Below are positions 13,300 to 25,873 of a stretch of DNA of 64,000 nt, one piece after another (position 1 is the stretch's first letter; every line of letters starts with the position of its first letter). Origin of the DNA: Octopus bimaculoides (taxonomy: Eukaryota). The stretch is taken from positions 2,091,014 to 2,155,013 of the forward strand of contig NC_068989.1 in NCBI RefSeq assembly GCF_001194135.2, in the 5' to 3' direction. The notes below the pieces were generated by a model, which saw nothing but the letters and a program-made list of their open reading frames with translations, searched no databases and was not told where the DNA came from. The translations under genes and the position numbers were made by a program.

Positions 13300-14150
13300 C
13301 GATAAAAATTTCTTGTGAAGAAAAGTAAATTGTTTGCCATGATTTTTTTTAGTTCATTAAACTTTTTACCAAAACGTCGCACTGATGGAAAATTTAACAA
13401 CTGTTGTCATCATAGGGATAAAATTCTGTATTAATATTAGCAGGAATTCCTTGAATATTTGCAAGATTTAATGAATAATCTAGAGCATATTATACACTAT
13501 CGAAACTTCAAAGATAACATAAGACCGTATAATCTGTTACCTTTGCAACCAAGAGCAAACTAGACTTGCTAATTATTATTTCAGAGTGCTTGGTTAAGTA
13601 TATCAATGAGCGTTTAATAAACATCGAAATGACAATGGATTTCAGAGATAGAAACGACATTGGAATAAATAACAGATATAGTCGAGGCTGTTCAAATGAA
13701 ATTATTCGAAATATTGATAATTTCATAGGAGAAAATCTAAACACAAAAATGTATAACACATTAAATGAAATCTAGTGCGAGGAAGAAGATTTCACTGGAA
13801 GATAAGTATTTATCTATCGTAATTATAGTATTCAGAAGAGATGGGAATGCAGACAGTAACACAACTTAACAGTTGGAGATGTAGTCATGTTATTTACGAC
13901 AAAAACTGGAGTCACCATTCGAAAGAAAATTTCTAGCGATGAAAGTAGCCCTAGGATAAATTCAAATATACTTAGTCCAAACTTAGATACAATAACGTAT
14001 ACATTAGTATACCTATTTGGAAAGTCTGGATGACAGCCAAATTATATAAATAAACATTGAAGGAAATAAACACCTTCAACGTAACAAAATTACTATGCTA
14101 CAACATAAGGCAGTATAGAGCGCAGGATTGCAGCATTTCAATTCTTTTTG
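13300..14150 (+). mobile_element. Helitron Rep/helicase N-terminal remnant (pseudogenized)
   Basis: Collinear peptides SSLNFLPKRRTDGKFNNCCHIG (13350-13430), QEFLEYLQDLMNNLEHIIHYRNFKDNIRPYN (13441-13533), GCSNEIIRNIDNFIGEN, HNLTVGDVVMLF and NLDTITYTLVYLFGKSG*QPNY (13980-14045). These match Helitron motifs GKF..CC..GK, NF..NIRSYN, YNLPT..EVA and DP..YPLLFP.GE.GW. Confidence 0.85.
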
Positions 14151-14754
14151 GTGTAAAACTTTTCTTTGGATTCTTACATCCAAGTTGATAACTTGACTTA
14201 TATAAGTTCAAAGCAACGGAAACGTAATGGTGAGCAGTAAAAAGTATTTTCTGATCGCTGAGCTAATCTAGCCAAAAATATTGGTGCATAAGTGAAACAA
14301 ACCTGTAAATAATGTTTTTTCAAGGTTCTCATGAAAGTGCAGCACCACGAGTCTACGACTATGATGGAAAAATATGAAATAGAATCATGCATAACATCTC
14401 TTACGAACACCCTGTGTTAAAAACCAATAATCTGAGAGGAAGACGAAAATTCGCTGCAGCAGTGGTCAGCAAGAACGCCTTTTCGATGGCTCGTTCTTGC
14501 ACTCCAACCACATGTTTGGGTGAGAATTCGTCGCTTCTCGTATAGCTAAAAGTGAATAAAACATCCACAGAGATTGTGAATTTAATAAAAAAGTAATAAT
14601 TGAGGGGATAAGTATAATAAAGGCGACCATCTTATCAGCGTTTCGTATAGGGACCTTGCTAGTGTAGTATTCTCATTAGAAGGAAGATCAATTAATGATA
14701 AAAAGGAGTACTTTGAGGGTCCAACGTATGATCTTTTACGCATGTTATAAGCCT

Positions 14755-15089
14755 TCCAAATTGAATAATGCCTATAAGACGCACCTTTTTTTTTTTTTTT
14801 ACCCCAAAATGGCTTAACCTACCCTGCGTCCAATGCACTCTATGTAGGCTCAGAACTCGTTCAAAACGGTATGTTCACAAAACGTGTGCCGCCATCTGTT
14901 GGTGAACAGTATGTTTATAGTGAATGTGGATGCAATAAATTACTTTAATTACCGATGATAACATAAAGTGATACAGGTAAGTGGAGGAATTAAAACATTA
15001 TTTTAGTGGTAATTTATTTTACAAAAGTATAGCCTAGGATAGGGTACGTACTACGCACTCATCCGTCTTATAGGCCATCAAATACGGTA
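14755..15089. mobile_element. Tc2/pogo-type MITE (~335 bp)
   Basis: Right end CCGTCTTATAGGCCATCAAATACGG|TA (15063-15089) is inverted to left-end CCTATAAGACGCACC (14771-14785). TACCGTA..TATAAGACG termini are characteristic of this group; the left TIR is partly decayed. Confidence 0.7.
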
Positions 15090-15119
15090 CTTACATAAGA
15101 GTGAGAAAGAAAATGAAAG

Positions 15120-15121
15120 GG

Positions 15122-15208
<87 letters not shown>
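15120..15208. repeat. (GA)n microsatellite
   Basis: Direct reading. Confidence 0.97.
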
Positions 15209-15213
<5 letters not shown>

Positions 15214-16329
15214 AAGCTCAATCTATACATTTTCTATGTATGAAGTAAGATGATGTGTTTCTCCATGTGTTTGTGTAATTATATTGGTTTCATGCTTTTG
15301 TGGCCCACGTGTATTAGTTTGCATTTATGTAAGTATGTGCGTGTCTTCGTTTGTTTGTGTGCATTTATTTAAAAACTTTCCAGAATTATTTCTGACAAAA
15401 CAACGATGACAATGTACACATATTTTCTTTAGCAAGTAATAGATATATTGGTCTATAATTACATCTATTCATTCATGAGAAACCGTACGCCATTTAATTG
15501 TTTTCGGTATTTTCTTTCAGAAATTGAAGACCTACCAAGAGACTGGAGTTTGGTGAACAAGTGACAACCTTGAAATGAAATCTGAATTAACGATTTTTGA
15601 TTGAATTTCCTTACAATGACAAAGTGATGGTTTTTGTTGTCCGATATTATTATCTAACTGGCATCGGTTGATTTGAAGTATCGCCAGAGTTTCGGATACG
15701 AAGGCACGTGACCATGTGGTGTGGATATTTGACTAAAAATTATAATGACGCGGGTTCAATTTCTGAATTGCGTGCTGAGTTGTGTTCTTGAACAAGGCCC
15801 TTTATTTCATATTGCTTCAGAATGTTCAGCTTAAAATGAATGTCAACCGATAGTGTAGCTCTGTCTCTTTCTCTCTTTAGTTGTCACATTTTGGTTGTAT
15901 CGCTGGATCAAAGAGTAGGAGAGTCGAAAGAATGTTCAGATTTACTCGCATCTACATACGCTTCTAAAACATTTAACGATACCGCAGTAAATGCTTCCAA
16001 ACCGTCGGTGGGGACAGCTAGCCCCCCCCCGTTTCTCAGCGTGTTGGATTTAATGTTGTACTGCATTTAGTTATAGTCGATGTCATTCTAATTTTAAATC
16101 CCGATGATATTTTCCGTTTATATTTGTGAGGTAACTAAAATGAAATAGTTGTTTGGCACTGAAGTTGGTTTATATTTATGTTTGATGAAAATAGATTTAT
16201 AACTGAAGTGTAACGCACAGAATTTCAGAATAAGTAACAGTTGTTCGCCAATAACAAACCAATGAATGAGTCACTAGACATGGGCGAAATATCTGATAGT
16301 AAACCAAGATACGACTGTGAGCCAAAACA

Positions 16330-16385
16330 AGTCGGCGAGATAGCTGAATCGTTTGCACGCCGGACGAAATGCTTAGCAGTAATTC
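16330..16385 (+). mobile_element. SINE family C 5' head fragment
   Basis: GGCGAGATAGCTGAATCGTTTGCACGCCGGACGAAATGCTTAGC matches the reverse complement of 51245-51305. Confidence 0.8.
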
Positions 16386-16974
16386 TTCTTAGCATACCAA
16401 TACCTCAATAATATCATTATCAATTTACGTACATTTTGATGGTCAATGGTTTACAACTTGAATTTACCCACCACAAACAAACAAGTGTTCGACTACCAAT
16501 ACTCCTATAATATCCTGCCGTGCCCTAATACAGGTGGCCCTCGTTTTTCTACCCCACATATGTTCTTGGACAGCTGTTACTATAACTGCAGTGTTTCAAT
16601 TAGCCACCGTCCACTGTTATCCACAATGCCATCTTTTTCTAAATAGAATAAACTATACACCAATACGCCATCTGCACCAACCTCTAAAACTGGCGACATA
16701 CAAAAAAATATCACCAACAATATAAATCAAATAATATATAATATGCAATATTTGTAATACACAATAGAACAAATGTACGTATGTTAATATTGAGGTGTGT
16801 GCATGCACTTATATGTGTAAGTGCATAGATATACGTTTACTCTTGTACCATTGCTATCACTTCATTAGATGTATGTGTATGTGTGTATGTGTGTGATGCA
16901 TACATGTCTCGAGTTTATCAAGTCTCTAAAGTAAGGATGGCGGCGACGAGCACATAAAATGGTTTCAGGACAAG

Positions 16975-17215
16975 TAGCACATAATTTAATTCATAATACA
17001 TTTTCATTGCGTATCTAAAAATCAAAACACAAAGACACTGATTCGGAGGAAGAACTTAATTGTTATTTTGCATTTAAAGTCAAAACTCAAGAAAGATACA
17101 ATTTAAAGGAACTACATAATTGTTATTCTTTACTTACAGTCAAAACAATTGGAAATATGTAGTTTTTAAGGAAGTACATAATAAATATTTTGCATCAAAA
17201 ATCAAAACTGAATGA
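16975..17215. repeat. Degenerate ~60-bp tandem minisatellite, about 4 copies
   Basis: TCAAAAC recurs at ~17022, 17080, 17140 and 17202; AGGAA-ATAATTGTTATT recurs at 17047, 17107 and 17169. Confidence 0.75.
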
Positions 17216-19580
17216 ACTCATAAATATAAACCATGTTTAATATGAAAACAACACAAAAATTTATTCTTTGAATCATTCAATATTTTAACTGTAAAATGAA
17301 AACCAAACAATGCGGAATGATAGTTGTTTGCAGTATCTAGAACTACTTCTTTCATCAAGGCATCATGCCGGCAAAGCTGTATGTTATTTTACTATAAACT
17401 CTTTCATTAGCAAATATCCTTCGCTGGAGAACAAAGCTAACTTAGACTCTCTGTCATCACTAATTGGCGAAGACAAAGTATGGTTTATACTTGTGTTGGC
17501 AAGCGTGTCTATCTGCAACTGCACTAGTTTAGAATATGTATTGCAAGCATATTAACAATGGAGACAATTAATGATAAATGAAGCACATCATTATCAATTT
17601 AAGTACATTTTGATGGTCAATGGTCTACAATTTGAATTTACCCACCACAAGTACGTGCCTGAATGAATGAAACTTCTGTGCAATTCTAGATCTACACTGA
17701 ATCATATCTGATTAGATTACTTGTTTCTTAAATATTCTAAACTCTTCAATTTATCAGTATTGTCAAAATATTGATATTTTGAATCAAACGCACTTAATTT
17801 GGTAGCTACATGTTTTAAAGTACTTAGATTTTCGCCGTTTATTTATAATAGAATTCAACAACGCTCAGTAGGATTCGGCTATGAATTACATTCGGCCATC
17901 AACTATTTCTTCATACGATGTAATTTTAATAGCCGACCCAACTCGGCTGCTTCATTCTTGTGGCGTAACAGATCTTTTCGAGAAGTTCTTGGCACCCGAC
18001 AAAACTGGAATAACGGGTCACAGAAATTTTAGCCTTAGCATATCTTCGCAGGTCTTGCTTTATTCCTCCTTCACGTCTTCATTCTGAACCGGTTTTCATT
18101 GAAATTTATTTCGCATATATTTTTTATCTTTAACAAAGCAATTAATTAAATGAAAAGCCGTCGTCACCTCTGATTTATTTTTGTATAGAAGATATAGATA
18201 AATTGAAAACCAGGACTAGATATTCTTCCCGAATATTATAACAAACATGGCTTCTAAAATATGTAATATTTTTTGTGTGTCATTTGCTTCAGAGATACAA
18301 ATTTAACCATACTATTCATTATTGTTTGTAGATTAATAACGATTTCTTTTAATGCTGGTTTTCTCTAGTGTTAGCGCAAAAGATATATGATACCGTTGTC
18401 CACTTGACACTGAACGATGAGAAAATCTACGAGGAAACAGCTGTAGACAATTTACAAAGTTACAAATAATATCTTTAGTTTCTATACGAATGTCAACAAA
18501 TAATTTTCATTAGACATGATTTTAGATATTTTTCAGGTATGTCTTGCACTTTAGACATTTTCCCCTAGCACGTACATTTATTGAGATATTTTCATTTTTT
18601 TTAGAAATTGGTTTATCTCTTATATCATTTAAGATTCTATATTTCATCTAAGATTAAAGCATATCCTAACTAAACTATCAACATGAGTGGAGAAAGGGGG
18701 GGGGGAAAGGAAAATCAAGCAGGCCTTTTCTTATGTTTGCAGCTTAGATTCTTAGTTCTGTTACAAAGGAAACCAAAGTAAAACAGATCCTTAAAAAGAT
18801 ACACGAGCTATATACAAGCAGAATCTTTTGCTTCTCGTCTGAAAAAAAGTTACTGCATATAGAAAATACAAAAGTGGGTTACTATAAAAATCGAAATTTC
18901 GATTTAGCTCTTTATACCAAAGTGGATGATATTGTTCTGACGTTGATGGACATTCTGCAAGTTTATCTAAAAGACATGTTGGAAGCTATAGAGTCATCAT
19001 CTCGAAGTTTAAAAGCTAGAGTTATTTTAAATCTTAATTCAACATGAAGATCCTTGTTAACGTAACTCAATGCATTGATCACCATAGAATCTCTATGCAA
19101 ATCTTAATAAAATTGCTTATGGTAAGAGATATGTAAAGAGAATTCACCATATACTGACGCTTTATATGTCTCTTACACAGGCAAGCTATTACAGAGCACC
19201 ATAATGGAAGAGAATTCGCCAAACAGATCTTCATGCATTCCTGAAAGAAATATCTCCCAATTATATATTTTGGTTGATCTGAAGAAAATAAATTCACGAC
19301 AACTTCAACTTAAACTTGGAATAATGAAGAAAAAGAATTCAAGTATGCTACAATTTCCCTGAGAATACTTCTAAAATGTAAAATTAGAGAGATTTTATTA
19401 AACATAAAATAGTAAAGGTATCATAAAACAAAACTTTTAATGCGAAGAGACAGTTTGTGAGTTGAAAGTTTGGCATGCATCCAAATGCGTTTCTACATGT
19501 AGAATTGTTATGAAATATTAAACAGGAAATGCATAAATATACATAATCATGAAACTGACTTGCTTAGAACAACGGAAGAA

Positions 19581-19931
19581 ACTTGCTTCAGTCATTAGAC
19601 TGCGGCCATGCTAGAGCACCGACTTGAAGAATTTGTAAACCTGGTACTTACTCTATTGATGTCTGTTGCAGAATCGCTAAGTTACGGGGAGGTAAACACA
19701 CCAACACCGGTTGTCAAGCGGTGGTGAAGGACAATCACAAAGAAAGATACACACACACATATATACACGACAGGATTCTTTCAGTTTCCGTCTGCCAATT
19801 CCACTTACAAGGCTTTGGTCGGCCCAAGGCTATAATAGAAGACACCTCCTCATGGTCCTTTGTAGAGGGACTGAACTCGGAACTATGTGATTAGGAAGCA
19901 AACTTTTTACCACGCAACCACGCCTGCACCT
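19581..19931 (-). mobile_element. SINE family A (tRNA-derived, CORE-like centre), near full length
   Basis: Reverse complement aligns end to end with 45869-46298: head GCAGG..TGGT..AAG..GCTT, ACCTTGGGCAAGTGTCTTC-like core, 3' CAGCATGGCCGCAGTC..TGACTGAA. Confidence 0.92.
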
Positions 19932-20264
19932 GTCCTTATTCTTATATTTGAATTAAATATACTTCTTCTTCCCTCCCTCCCTCTCTCCTCTCTTTCCCTC
20001 CCACTTACTCTCTTTCTGATTGAAAATGAAGAAGATAATCGTCAACTTCCTCCTTAGTGAACCACATGTAAAAAGATCAATAATTGATTATCGAACACTT
20101 TGAGCTAACGACACACAATATGTCAAATCAAGCTGCGTCTACATGTAGAATTGTTATGAAATATTAAACAGGAAATGCATAAATAGTTTATTGTTTGAGG
20201 CCTCTTACGTCTATGATAATTTGAAAGAAACGAAAGAAAACCATGTCTCTTCGTAAATACAACT

Positions 20265-20316
20265 ATTTCACACACGCACACACACACTCAAATACACACA
20301 CACACACACACACACA

Positions 20317-20356
<40 letters not shown>

Positions 20357-20445
20357 CACACACACACACTCAAATACACACATACATAAACAGACAGATA
20401 GACACACAGACAAACACAAAGACACACACACACACACAGATGCAT
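20265..20445. repeat. (CA)n compound microsatellite
   Basis: Direct reading. Confidence 0.95.
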
Positions 20446-21658
20446 CTCTCTATATAATCACAAAATAAATGATCAGAAACAATAAAAGACACGTAATAGA
20501 ACAAACAAACACGAAAATTAATCGCTAAAGATTCCGGCAAATTTAGATTCGACGCATTTTGCATGCATGCATGCATACATGCGTGTATGCATGTTTGTAC
20601 ACGTTTTCTGTTTTTAATTTTTAATTGAAGTTTTCCTGTCAAGAAAGAGCTGGTTTCTAACAAAGATACCAATCACTATCGCTGGAATATTATAAACAAA
20701 AAACAAATTCACGTTTTGAACTTGAGAAAATCTTGCTCGGGATAGTAAGTTTTTAGTATTCCGCTTACAGATTTTATTTGTAATCTGCGTGTAAGATGTT
20801 TGGTTTCCTTTTCCGAAAGCCCTAGCTTTTCCAGATTGTCACTTGGCCATTTGCTTACGAAACCAAGCGCAACAGTTGTTGGTATAAATGTGAAATTATA
20901 ATCTCGCTATAGAAGCTGATTTTTTTGCACACAGAGACGCATGCATTTATGTATGTATGTATGTATGTATGTATGTATGTATGTATGTATGTATGTATGA
21001 GTGGAAGAAACCCAAGGGACAGCCTATTCTATATTAATTCGTAAAGGTATTTCTACGCTTTTTTTAACGCGTGTAACGATTTTAAAATATATATTATTGT
21101 ATAAATTCTTTTAAAAGAATGTTCGTCCTGCTCAATTAATTTTTTCACAGGACTATGTACATTTACATAATCCTGTGCGCGTGTGTATGTGCGTGTGGTG
21201 GGTATGTGTGTATGTTTAGTGTAAGTGTACTAAATAGCGATTTGTTCATTCCTAGTTTCTAATTAAGATATTTAAATTTGATATTTTAAATATACATTTT
21301 ATGACAATTCAGCACAATCTAATAAATTTGATTTGGAGAAAACATTGTTATAACTTAATTAATACAAATCAACACCTAATTACGTAACAGATACAAAGAA
21401 ATGCTAGAACCAGAATTCAGTTTCTCTTGATTTAACCAGAATTAGATTTTCGCTAGCTTTAATTAATAATTAACTTAAGTTTAGATGACATTATAAACAG
21501 TAACTTGAGGCAGAAAAGAGCAACTGCTTATACCATTACTACACAGATGTTAATTCAAATGCAGAGCTAGTTTTGACGGATATATGTTGTTTTTCGTAGA
21601 ATTAACTGTATTTCATTGGCTATTTAATGATAATACGTCCTCCTAATAAGAATAAACA

Positions 21659-21830
21659 GGCACGACGTCGGTTACACCGACAAGCGTTCCAGTTGATCCG
21701 AACAATGGAACAGCCAGCTCGTGAAATTAACGTGCAAGTGGCTGAGCATTCGACAAATTTAAGATAGTTTCGCAGGGAGATTCAGTTCGACACCATGTGA
21801 CAAAGCTGGTCCTTTGAATTACAGGTACAA
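21659..21830 (-). mobile_element. SINE family B, 3' half
   Basis: Reverse complement of the TTCAAAGGGCC...GTTAATTTCACGAGC...ATCAACTGGAAC...GTGCC module. Confidence 0.88.
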
Positions 21831-21964
21831 GTAATTTTTGAGCCGCCATATTGGATCATTAACTACAACAATAAAATGTAAGGAGAAAATTTAGTTTTAC
21901 ACCTCACCAAATTTAGACAAAAATTCATGAAACTTTATGGCAATTCTTCACACCGAGATTTTGA

Positions 21965-22198
21965 GGGAAAGGTAATCACTTTAAAACATGAACTGAGGAC
22001 GATGAGTGAGAAACTCCGCTATCGCAAGCGAATTTTTGAGCGAACCAGTATCAATCGCAAGTTTGCTTCCAATGAGATTCCTATCAAGGAGCCTTGGATC
22101 TAGGTTAGAAACAGGCTCTTTCTCTATTGGTAAGAAATCTTGAAATAGTACTGAAGAATGACATATACATACATACATGCATACATGCATACATGTGA

Positions 22199-22200
<2 letters not shown>
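21965..22200 (+). mobile_element. 3' UTR fragment of the RLE-type LINE seen at 55500-56145, ending in a (TACA)n tail
   Basis: CCTTGGATCTAGGTTAGAAACAGGCTCTTTCTC matches 56086-56120; a further inverted copy is at 60678-60780 and a trace at 20630-20670. Confidence 0.8.
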
Positions 22201-22254
<54 letters not shown>

Positions 22255-22271
22255 TAGAGAAAGAAAGAGAT

Positions 22272-22331
<60 letters not shown>

Positions 22332-22332
22332 G
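22200..22332. repeat. (GA)n plus (GATA)n microsatellite
   Basis: Direct reading. Confidence 0.97.
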
Positions 22333-22679
22333 GAGCTTATGTTGTTTGTGTTTGGTACGCAGCATCTGTTCTACTATTTATAATTTATAGCTATTTAAAA
22401 AGAAGGAAATATGTAAAATTGGTTAAAAAAGAACAAAAACACAAAACAAAAACAATTGTACATTGAATTACATTTGAATTCGAAATGAGTTTATTTTGCC
22501 TTCATTGAACGTCTGGCACACTTCGACACAATATTCTCATTTGAATGAAACTAAATATATTTCTATACAGTATGAATTAATTATAATTAATTATATAGTA
22601 TGAATTAATTATATTTATAGTCATTTTAACCTATTAGCATTCAGATTACTCTGTCAAATGTAATATTTTGCTTTATTCT

Positions 22680-22813
22680 TTTACTTGTTTCAGTCGTTTG
22701 ACTGCGGCCATGCTGGAGCACCGTCTGGAAGAATTTTTAGCCGAATGACTCGATCCCAGTACTTATTAAGACCTGGTATTTATTCTATCAGAAACTTTTG
22801 CCGAACCGCTAAG
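22680..22813 (-). mobile_element. SINE family A 3' fragment
   Basis: TTTCAGTC.TTTGACTGCGGCCATGCTGGAGCACCG matches 19585-19622. Confidence 0.88.
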
Positions 22814-22815
22814 AA

Positions 22816-22968
22816 ATGAGAAAATTCCAGGAAAAGTGGACAAATGATTATTTATTTATTGAAGTAAAAAATAATGCAATGCGTTTGATATGTTTGGAAT
22901 CTGTCTCCACTTTTAAAGAATTGAATATTAAGCACTACACTTCAAAACATGAGAATTATACAAGAGTT
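22816..22968 (+). mobile_element. hAT (SPIN/Charlie/GTF2IRD2-like) transposase N-terminal zinc-finger remnant
   Basis: RKFQEKWTNDYLFIEVKNNAMRLICLESVSTFKELNIKHYTSKH matches the F..EW...YFF.E....P.CLIC.E.V...KEYN.KRHY..KH motif; first Cys lost and ORF truncated. Confidence 0.88.
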
Positions 22969-23654
22969 TGGTATCATGATGTGAGTTTTATTGCCAGCTA
23001 TTTTACTGATAGGTCAATCGTTCCTTTATTGCGTCCACTGAACACTATGTGCCGAGCAAGAAACTTAATCCAACAATAAGTTTATATTATTGGAAGATAA
23101 AGTTTTAATGATTGGTACCTTTTGATTCCCATGAAAATTAGTCGGAACACGAAAGATAATTCCCTGCAGTAACACTTGTAGTATTGTAATCAATTCTTAC
23201 CACGTTTATAATTCTTAATTAGATTGATATTGTATCCAGAGGACAAAGATCTGATATCCACTGCATTTGATAGCAATGGCAGTACATAAATTTATTTTTA
23301 ACATGGAAATGTGCAAAAAATATTGGAAAATTATTTTCGTTTGAGTTTATTTCTAATCAGTTTTGGCTCCACTTAGTTTCCTTTCGCTCTGCACAACTGC
23401 AGTGATTCTTTCGTCATGGATCCAGTTTCCTTTGGTAATGTTAAAAGTTGGCTGCTGCTGTCGCAGATTGGAACTGATTAAGCAGATCTTAATCTGGTCA
23501 ACAGATCTGGTCACAGCCTGCAGATCTGTTGCTCCAGATATATCATATCTTTGTCAAGGTAAGTACGATATTCAGATAAACAGCTGTTACTCGGATGGAG
23601 TTCAGTACGACAGTCTTGATATGCTTTACTCTATCCACTGCCCTCTCTAGAACT

Positions 23655-23830
23655 CCGTCGCTTTCGACGACCATGGTTCTAGTTCACCCGATCCATGGAA
23701 CATCCTGCAAGTAGCTGAGCACTCCACAGACACTCGTGCTCTTAACGTAGTTCTCAGAGAGATTCAGCGTGACCACTCAGGTACTGGGGTCAATGCAATC
23801 GACTTGTTCTCCTCACCTCAAAATTTGAAG
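23655..23830. mobile_element. Chimeric SINE debris: family B 3' part (minus) joined to a family C 3' module (plus)
   Basis: GCTGAGCACTCCACAGACAC..CTTAACGTAGTTCTC..GATTCAGCGTGAC followed by GTACTGGGGTCAATGCAATCGACT. Confidence 0.75.
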
Positions 23831-24637
23831 TATTTTTACCAATGTTAAATCAGTTTTATGCGGTGGGTAAATAACCAACTGCCTAATTCGACCTAAGCAT
23901 AATTCTGTAACTACAGTGTATCTTTCCTGATGACTAAAGATTGTTTTCTTACTAACGACACTTACCCAATGTCTGCTAATGATATCTTTTAACTCTCTTC
24001 TGCTAATGATATTTCTTAACTCCCTTCTACTAAAATAAATTTAGGAATGGCAGAATGAAACAGAGTTTCTTTTTAATTTTTCTGTTACAAAAATGAGCAA
24101 GACCATGTTTGTAAAAAAATGCCACGCGTCTTAACTAAATATTTATTTGACAACAGCATAAAAAAAGTTAAATAAGACATCAACTAACTGAAGTATATCC
24201 AGCATCATTGGTCTGAACATCCACGGTATCTTTCTCTCCTCGCTGTTCGCCCACTGCTCGAATATAAAGCAGTTTATTATATTATTCTAAAATCAAAATA
24301 AAATAACTTCAATATACTACTATATTATACTGCTACAAAGCAGGTTATTATATAAATTTAAAAACGCTTTTCTTTTTGAAATAGAATATGTCAGACATTT
24401 TAAAAGAATTATTATGATATTCACAGTTCCTGAAAAATCATTTGGCGACTATATGTGTTTTTAAATAATTTTTCGTGTGGTTTCGTTTTGTTTACAACTG
24501 TTTTAATGAGCGATGCTGTTTATGCTTCCCAGTGATGCGTAAGTCGTTGATTTTGTTATTATTGCTTCTGATTTAAAACTAAACTGCCAAAGAAGAATTT
24601 CAATGTTGACAGTATCTCAGAAGCAGAGCTCTCTCTC

Positions 24638-24686
<49 letters not shown>

Positions 24687-25492
24687 NNNNNNNNNNNNNN
24701 NNNNNNNNNNNNNNNNNNNNNNNNNNNNNNNNNNNNNNNNNNNNNNNNNNNNNNNNNNNNNNNNNNNNNNNNNNNNNNNNNNNNNNNNNNNNNNNNNNNN
24801 NNNNNNNNNNNNNNNNNTATATATATATTCACATACATACACATACATACCTACATACATACATACATACCTTCTGTCTTGCAAAGCTCGTTATATCAAT
24901 AAAAATAAAAACACGCACTGGTTCAGTATCACTTCTTTATTGTTAGTCAATCTTGTAATCTTGTAAGCAAAATACAAAAACAAAAATACACACACACATT
25001 TGTGTAATGTGTTTGTGTGTATATATATATGAACGTATAGATATAAACACCTACTACATGTGCATATGCACACGCATGCGTGTGTGTGTATATATGTTTA
25101 TTGAGAGGTAGAGAAAGATAGATAGATAAATACATGTATGCATACATACATATGTGCGTACATACATACTTGCATACATACACGCATACATATATACATA
25201 CATACATGCATGCAGACATACATATATACATGTATGCATACATACACACATGCAGACATACATACATAAATTACATACATAAATTACATACATAAATTAC
25301 ATACATAGATGCCTACAGCTGCACAAAGCGATGGGAGAGCTGTGTCACCATTGGCGGTGGCCATGTAGAAAAGGACTAATAACTATGCCAAGTTTCGTTT
25401 ATCCCAGTCCTTGGGAAGTGGGTCAGGGGAAATCGTTAATGAAAGCCCTTCGTACATACATGCATAGATTACATATATACATAAATACACGT

Positions 25493-25873
25493 GGAGGCGC
25501 GATGGCCCAGTGGTTAGGGCAGCGGACTCGCGGTCGTACGATCGCGGTTTCGATTCCCAGACCGGTCTTTGTGAGTATTTATTGAGCGGAAACACCTAAA
25601 GCTCCGCGAGTCTCCGGCAGGAGTTTAGTTGCGAACCCTGCTGTATTTTGTCATCACAACTTCCTCTCACTCTTTTATCCTGTTTCTGTTGTACCCGTAT
25701 TTCAAAGGGCCAACCTTGTCACACGCTGTGTCACGCTGAATCTCCCCAAGAACTACGTTAAGGGTACACGTGTCTGTGGAGTACTCAGCCACTTGCCCCG
25801 TTAATTTCACGAGCAGGCTGTTCCGTTGATCGGATCAACTAGAACCCTCGTCATTGTAACCGACGGAGTGCCA
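25493..25873 (+). mobile_element. SINE family B, full length (tRNA-derived)
   Basis: Pol III A box TGGCCCAGTGG (25503-25513), B box GGTTTCGATTCCC (25546-25558), body, and 3' tail ending GAGTGCCA; several partial copies in the window. Confidence 0.95.

Noticed and set aside
15521-15565. Strong acceptor ttttctttcAG followed by EIEDLPRDWSLVNK*
   Set aside because: Too short, no convincing donor or partner exon
23510-23522. TCACAGCCTGC resembles the 5' end of miR-2 family members
   Set aside because: The rest of the mature miR-2 sequence is absent and it lies in the hairpin loop
25493-25565. tRNA-like sequence with A and B boxes (also at 56149, 51240-51305 and 45869)
   Set aside because: These are SINE heads continuing into SINE bodies; no complete cloverleaf, so not called tRNA genes
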